This document shows positions 58,630 to 64,000 of a DNA stretch of 64,000 nucleotides, piece by piece (position 1 is the first letter of the stretch; each line of letters starts with the position of its first letter). The position numbers and the translations under genes are program-made. The DNA comes from an uncultured Bizionia sp. (GTDB lineage Bacteria > Bacteroidota > Bacteroidia > Flavobacteriales > Flavobacteriaceae). The stretch spans positions 2,111 through 66,110 of the forward strand of contig CANMCF010000023.1 of NCBI GenBank assembly GCA_947496215.1, given 5' to 3'. Below the pieces are notes generated by a model. It had not been told where the DNA came from and ran no database searches. It saw nothing but the letters and a program-made list of their open reading frames with translations.

Positions 58630-61209
58630 TTATGCCGAATTCCGGCTGGCATTTATGTTTCCAAACAATGAGCGGGTAACCAATTTCTCAAAGATGGCGA
58701 TACGTTCTGTATCTTTTACTTCTGCTTTTTCAAGTTCTTGAATTTGTTTCAAGGCAAATTGCTGTATGGTCAACAATGGCAATACGATGGATTCTCGAAT
58801 GTTGATTGATGCTTTGCCAGCTGGTTCTTCCTGCATTAGATCAGTATATCCCGTCAGTTTCAAAATGAGACGTTTCGTGGTTTTGTATTCTGTGAAGATG
58901 ATAGTCCAGAATTCACCATACTCAGCATCTTCACTCATATATTTCGTTAAATCGAAAAACGACTTGGATAGGGACATCATGCTGTTTTCAATCAATGTCT
59001 TGAAGAAACTCGAGGTTTTGAATAGTTTTTGCACTTTTTCAAATTCACCAGAATTTTCATAATGCTTCAAAGCTGTACCTACACCAAAAAAGCCAGGTAC
59101 GTTTTGTTTCAATTGACTCCATGATCCAACAAATGGGATTGCCCTTAAATCTTCAAACACCAAACCGTCAGCCTTGCCTCTTTTGGAAGGGCGGCTACCA
59201 ATGTTGGTTTTTGCATAGTACTTTAAAGTACTCATATGTTCCAGATATGAAATGAATTTTGGATGTTGCTTGAAATCGACATAAGCCTTGTAGCTGAGCT
59301 TTGCCAAGTTGTCCATTACGGTTCTGTTTTCTGGTAGCATCCTCAAATCTGAATCACTCAAACTATTGTGTATGCCTGAGCTGATGAGTTGTTCCAAGTT
59401 GTATTGGGAGGAATCCAAAGTTCCGAAATTAGAACTTATTGTTTGTCCTTGAATGGTCAGTTGTACTTCTTTGTCCTCAATCGTAGGGCCTAATGAGGCA
59501 TAAAAATTATGTGTTTTCCCACCTCCTCTGGCTGGCGGTCCACCACGACCATCAAAAAATATTACAGTAATGCCATATTGCCTTGAAATTGTAGTTAATC
59601 GTTCTTTGGCTTTGTATATAGCCCAATTAGCCATCAAATATCCTCCATCTTTGGTTCCATCGCTAAAACCAAGCATTATGGTTTGCTTGTTTCCTCGTTT
59701 TGCCAAATGTGCACTGTATTCTGGGTTGGTATATAGTTCCTCCATTACCAAATGTGCGTTTTCCAAGTCGGTAATGGTTTCAAAAAGGGGACCGATGTCT
59801 ACGGTTAATTCATCCTGAAAGGCAACCAATTTCAACATGGCAAACAATTGCATTACGTTTAGTGTGGTTTGGTTGTTGCTAATGATATAGCGGTTTGCCG
59901 CACGTTCTCCGTTGGTTTCTTGAATGGTCTTTATGGCTTTCATCGTGTTCAATGCCTTCAATGTGTCTTCGTCTTCTATCAACGACAAATCCACTGTTCC
60001 CTTTATTTTGGATAGAACTTGTACTTGCTCGCTTTCAGGAAGATCGTAATAGTTTTCAGGAAAGATGTCGTTTCCATTCTTGGCCAAGGCACTTACCATG
60101 TTGTTGAAGGTTTTGTCATGTGCTCGACTATCTTGCCTAATGTCCAATGTCGAGAAATGAAAGCCAAACAAATGGATTTTGTTGAGTAGACTTGTGATTT
60201 CTGAAACGTAAAGCGATTGATGTTTGTCTATAACCAATTGCTTGATGTCTTTCAATTCTGAAACGAATTGCTCTAAGGTTAGCTCGGATTCCTTGTGAAG
60301 CAAAGTAGAATACAATCCTCTTTCTAGTTTGGCAATGCGGTTTTCAACACCTTCAAATGTTAGTTTTCTCTTTAATTTTCGAATATCCCTATAATAGTTT
60401 TTGATTATGGTTTCATGGAGGCGAGCTGCGACTTTCAATGTCGTTTCTGGAGTCACGAATGGGTTGCCATCTCTATCGCCTCCGGGCCAAAAGCCAATGT
60501 TTACAATGTCGTTGTCTATTTGTTCTCCGTTGAATATGTTTTGTTGAATGTAATCGTAAATCTTTCCGAAGGACTGATAGAATACATTTTCCAAATACCA
60601 AATCAAACTCACAGCCTCGTCATAAGGCGTTGGTTTCTCATGTTTGAAAAATGGTGTTTTCCCCAATTGCGCCAAAAGGTCGTTTATCATGAGTAGATCA
60701 TTGTCTTTTATGGCTTCCGTCAAATCGGTAATGATACCCAAAACCGAACCTGGATAAAATTGTGTAGGATGGGCAGTCAATACGATACGAACCTTAAACT
60801 CTTCCAAATAGCTGCGTAAGGTATCCAACTTGTTTTCGGCAGAGGCAGTTTCTTTCAAACTGCGCAAGGTGCCAATGCCATCCATGTTGTTTATTACTGG
60901 AAAGGCTGCATCTTCGATGGCATCAAACAATACTACCTGACGTTCTATGTATTGTATGAAGCGAAAGAGCAGATTTATTTGGCTTTCTGGTGTACGTCTA
61001 GCTTGGTATTTTTCAAAAAAATCATTGACAATCGACGTTGGGTCGTCTCCTTTGGAAAATCCTTTTGTACATGTTTCGTGAAATAGTGGTAGCAATACAC
61101 CTGTTTTTGTAATGGTATCAAAGGGTAAAGTCATAAATATGCTGTTGTATATTTGATATTTCGACAATACATTTTGATTGAAACGAGTTAATTTTGGTTG
61201 AGTTGCCAT
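58630..61209 (-). CDS. ppc: Phosphoenolpyruvate carboxylase
   Basis: VLTAHPTQ, GFSDGTKDGG, FDGRGGPPARGGG, and a C-terminal NASRNSA-type end. Confidence 0.95.
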   Translation of the reverse strand: MATQPKLTRFNQNVLSKYQIYNSIFMTLPFDTITKTGVLLPLFHETCTKGFSKGDDPTSIVNDFFEKYQARRTPESQINLLFRFIQYIERQVVLFDAIEDAAFPVINNMDGIGTLRSLKETASAENKLDTLRSYLEEFKVRIVLTAHPTQFYPGSVLGIITDLTEAIKDNDLLMINDLLAQLGKTPFFKHEKPTPYDEAVSLIWYLENVFYQSFGKIYDYIQQNIFNGEQIDNDIVNIGFWPGGDRDGNPFVTPETTLKVAARLHETIIKNYYRDIRKLKRKLTFEGVENRIAKLERGLYSTLLHKESELTLEQFVSELKDIKQLVIDKHQSLYVSEITSLLNKIHLFGFHFSTLDIRQDSRAHDKTFNNMVSALAKNGNDIFPENYYDLPESEQVQVLSKIKGTVDLSLIEDEDTLKALNTMKAIKTIQETNGERAANRYIISNNQTTLNVMQLFAMLKLVAFQDELTVDIGPLFETITDLENAHLVMEELYTNPEYSAHLAKRGNKQTIMLGFSDGTKDGGYLMANWAIYKAKERLTTISRQYGITVIFFDGRGGPPARGGGKTHNFYASLGPTIEDKEVQLTIQGQTISSNFGTLDSSQYNLEQLISSGIHNSLSDSDLRMLPENRTVMDNLAKLSYKAYVDFKQHPKFISYLEHMSTLKYYAKTNIGSRPSKRGKADGLVFEDLRAIPFVGSWSQLKQNVPGFFGVGTALKHYENSGEFEKVQKLFKTSSFFKTLIENSMMSLSKSFFDLTKYMSEDAEYGEFWTIIFTEYKTTKRLILKLTGYTDLMQEEPAGKASINIRESIVLPLLTIQQFALKQIQELEKAEVKDTERIAIFEKLVTRSLFGNINASRNSA

Positions 61210-61497
61210 AAAAAGGAATTTACATTAAAAGTACTAAAGATTAACTAGGTAGTCTGGTCGATTGACCATTTTTACGAATATTCGTATAATCGTTTGAAGA
61301 AATAAGGAAATGGTAAAAAAGCACTACGAATAATTCCATATTTTCATTTTGGGTTTGCGCCCTTGTTGTTTCAAAAAACCATTCGTCGACACTTAAACGT
61401 CATTCACCGATACTAAAAACGGATTAAACGAAACCTAAAAGCAATTCAATCTTATTTATGTTATTTTCCATGGATTAATCCAATAATAAACTCCTTA

Positions 61498-61914
61498 ATG
61501 AATAAGATTTTAAATGTTCTTTTAATAGAAGACGACACAATAGAAATAATGAAATTGAATAGAACGATTTCATCATTGAAACTCAATCATAACGTTATTG
61601 AAGCAAACAATGGGGAAGATGCATTGAAAATTCTAGAAAAAAAAGATACGCTTCCCGACATTATTTTATTAGATTTAAACATGCCTAAGATAAATGGCGT
61701 AGAATTTTTGTCTATTTTGAAGAATGACAGCCTATTAAAACACATCCCTACCATAGTGTTGACAACCTCCAACAACCAAAAAGATTTGTTGGAGTGCTAT
61801 AAAATAGGCATTGCAGGTTATGTATTGAAACCATTGCGTTATGAAGATTATGTTTCCAAGATGGAAATACTATTGTCATATTGGGCCATTAACGAGTTAA
61901 CAAAAGAAATATAA
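61498..61914 (+). CDS. Single-domain response regulator (CheY-like receiver)
   Basis: VLLIEDD...DIILLDLNMPKING...LTTS...K receiver motifs. Confidence 0.9.
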   Translation: MNKILNVLLIEDDTIEIMKLNRTISSLKLNHNVIEANNGEDALKILEKKDTLPDIILLDLNMPKINGVEFLSILKNDSLLKHIPTIVLTTSNNQKDLLECYKIGIAGYVLKPLRYEDYVSKMEILLSYWAINELTKEI

Positions 61915-62454
61915 ATGAAAGGTATAGTTTTTACAGAGTTCTTGGATTTGGTGGAAAAAAAATTTGGGTTGGAAATGGTGGATAGCATCATCAGTGGATC
62001 TCAATTGGAGTCTGAAGGCGTTTATACAGCAGTTGGAACGTACAAGTTTTCAGAAATGCTACAATTGCTTAAGAATTTAAGCGAAAACACTGGACTCTCC
62101 ATCGATGATTTGTTACTTGTCTATGCCGAGCATTTTTTCAGTGTCCTAAAAATTAGTTACCCAGGATTGTTGGCTACATACAAGGATCCAATAGAAATGC
62201 TGGCATCCATAGAAAATCACATACATGTGGAGGTGAGAAAAATATATCCAGATGCAGAGTTGCCAACCTTTGTAGTAGAGGAAAAAACGAAAAATTCCCT
62301 AATAATGATCTATAAGTCAAGTCGGGCAATGCATCATTTTGGTTTGGGATTAATGAACAAAACCTTTGAACACTTCAACGAAACAGCCACAATTACCCTA
62401 GAAAAAATAAAAGAAGACGGAACAGAGGTGAAATTCATTGTCAATAAAAATTAA
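61915..62454 (+). CDS. H-NOX (heme NO/O2-binding) domain protein
   Basis: MKGIVFTEFLDLVE start and the YxSxR motif (YKSSR). Confidence 0.85.
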   Translation: MKGIVFTEFLDLVEKKFGLEMVDSIISGSQLESEGVYTAVGTYKFSEMLQLLKNLSENTGLSIDDLLLVYAEHFFSVLKISYPGLLATYKDPIEMLASIENHIHVEVRKIYPDAELPTFVVEEKTKNSLIMIYKSSRAMHHFGLGLMNKTFEHFNETATITLEKIKEDGTEVKFIVNKN

Positions 62455-64000
62455 TGAGTCAAAACCAGATTGACATATTGCAGCGGGCATTGAATCGTGA
62501 AAAATTAGCCAGGAAGCAAGCTGAAAAAATTCTTGAGGATAAATCGTTGCAACTATACAATATTGCTCAAGAACTAAAGCTGGCCAATGAAAAATTAGGC
62601 GAACTCCTAGATGAGAAGACGTCACAATTGCAAGGGATATTCGAAAATATAAATGATGCTTATCTGGTTATGGACTTTAGAGGGAATGTTCTAAAAATGA
62701 ATGATGCAGCAATAGATCTCTTTGGCTACGACATAGATGAAGAAGACCTTAATGTGATTAATCTCATTTACAAGGAAGACTATACCTATGCAATGGAATC
62801 CTTCATGCAGTTAAGGGAGGAAGGTTTTTTTACAGATTATACAGCCCGTGTCTTTACCAGGCGAAAGGAAGTGAAGTGGGTACATATTAATGCCAGCGTT
62901 GTTTACGACAAACAAAATAAGCCAATAGCAGCCCAAGGTGTAGTAAGAGACATTACTGAAACAAAATATACTACAGAGTTAATTGAAGAGCAAAAAAAGC
63001 AATTGGATGTCATAGTCGAAAATGCACCATTTGGCATAGCGTTGACACAATTTGGAAAGATGTTAAAAACCAATAGGGCATTTCAAAACCTATTGGGATA
63101 TACGGAAGAAGAGCTTAAAGTTACCACGGTAAAAGATATTTCTGTAGTTGAAGACTATCCAGAATCTAGAATTCAAATGGAAAAAATGAACTCGGGAGTC
63201 ATCGACAATTTCGTCATAAACAAAAGATACAAAAAGAAGGATGGTTCTATAATATGGGCAAAAACCAATGTGAATGCTGTTAGAGATCAATTGGGAAATA
63301 CAAAATATCAAGTAGCCTTAATAGAGGACATTACCTCAGAAAGAGAAAAGACATTGATCATAGACATGATCAATGAAGTTGCCAAATCCATTTTGGGAAA
63401 GGTAGACATCTATGAGATAGCTTGGGAAATAACCAACAGCATAGCCAAGTTTTTGGGAACTGAAGATTGTGTTATTTATTTGGTAAACAACAAGGAAAAG
63501 ACGATAGAGCAAATTGCAACTTATGGTGAAAAGTTAAATGAGAAGAACCAAATTGCCAATAAGATGACATTGCATCTTGGGCAAGGCATAGTGGGAATGG
63601 TAGCGCAAACTGGAAAGGCGCAAATTGTAAACGACACCTCAAAGGATGACAGGTATGTTGTGGATGGAAAAAGGAGGTTATCGGAAATAACGGTGCCAAT
63701 TTTAAGAGACGGGGAGGTTATCGGAATAATAGATGCAGAGCACAACGATAAAAACTATTATACGAAAGAACACCTAAGAACGATACAGAACATTGCAAAT
63801 TTGGTGGCAATGCAACTGAAGAGTGCCATCAATTTGAGAGAACGTGAAAAAGCCGAATCACAAAATGTAGAGTTGCTGAAGGCATTGGAGAAGAGGAATA
63901 ATGAACTGCAAGAGTATGCACATGTTGTTTCACATGATTTAAAGTCTCCATTGCGTAGTATCAATGCTTTGACAGCCTGGATCAAAGAAGACAACAAAGG
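62454..64000 (+). CDS. Sensor histidine kinase (coiled coil, 2 PAS, GAF, HisKA), truncated by the window end
   Basis: My translation from the ATG that overlaps the H-NOX stop (TAATG) shows PAS-like repeats, a GAF region (GIVGMVAQTGKAQIVND) and the H-box HVVSHDLKSPLRSI. This ORF is not in the track because no stop is reached. Confidence 0.85.
   Translation, partial: MSQNQIDILQRALNREKLARKQAEKILEDKSLQLYNIAQELKLANEKLGELLDEKTSQLQGIFENINDAYLVMDFRGNVLKMNDAAIDLFGYDIDEEDLNVINLIYKEDYTYAMESFMQLREEGFFTDYTARVFTRRKEVKWVHINASVVYDKQNKPIAAQGVVRDITETKYTTELIEEQKKQLDVIVENAPFGIALTQFGKMLKTNRAFQNLLGYTEEELKVTTVKDISVVEDYPESRIQMEKMNSGVIDNFVINKRYKKKDGSIIWAKTNVNAVRDQLGNTKYQVALIEDITSEREKTLIIDMINEVAKSILGKVDIYEIAWEITNSIAKFLGTEDCVIYLVNNKEKTIEQIATYGEKLNEKNQIANKMTLHLGQGIVGMVAQTGKAQIVNDTSKDDRYVVDGKRRLSEITVPILRDGEVIGIIDAEHNDKNYYTKEHLRTIQNIANLVAMQLKSAINLREREKAESQNVELLKALEKRNNELQEYAHVVSHDLKSPLRSINALTAWIKEDNK

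Noticed and set aside
1-64000. Scan by eye for CRISPR arrays, rRNA genes, IS elements or transposases, and long tandem repeats.
   Set aside because: I saw no regularly spaced direct repeats, no transposase-like ORFs with terminal inverted repeats, and no rRNA-like sequence. The only large repeat is the paralogous giant-gene locus pair described above.

Overview
Low-GC Bacteroidota (Flavobacteriia-like) chromosome segment. This is supported by TAnnTTTG-type promoters, a T9SS C-terminal sorting domain, TonB-dependent receptors and the housekeeping genes rnpA, lepA, rbfA, gltBD and ppc. About two thirds of the window (24.3-64 kb) is ordinary core genome: peptidases, transporters, one tRNA(CAU), glutamate synthase, PEP carboxylase and an H-NOX/histidine-kinase/response-regulator operon. 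The unusual part is 3.2-24.3 kb. It holds two paralogous loci, each headed by a very large signal-peptide-less protein (about 1316 and 1220 aa) of a family I cannot assign. Each large gene is followed by a protein carrying a shared hydrophobic membrane module (GVWxGLVD motif), and then by polymorphic toxin/immunity cargo. Locus 1 has a deaminase-like C-terminus followed by four small genes, two of them SMI1/KNR4 (SUKH) immunity genes. Locus 2 has a stand-alone EndoU-like RNase plus a small immunity gene. Both loci start with the same promoter/operator box (TGTAAAATGTTT repeats overlapping a TTTG...TATATTTG promoter) and an almost identical ~270-nt leader. The same box also precedes a holin/peptidoglycan-hydrolase lysis cassette at 22.4-24.2 kb that has no accompanying phage genes. 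An HTH-S24 (LexA/CI-like) repressor gene is divergent from locus 1. My interpretation is inference only: a repressor-controlled polymorphic-toxin delivery system released by lysis (T10SS-like), built around an undescribed giant protein family.
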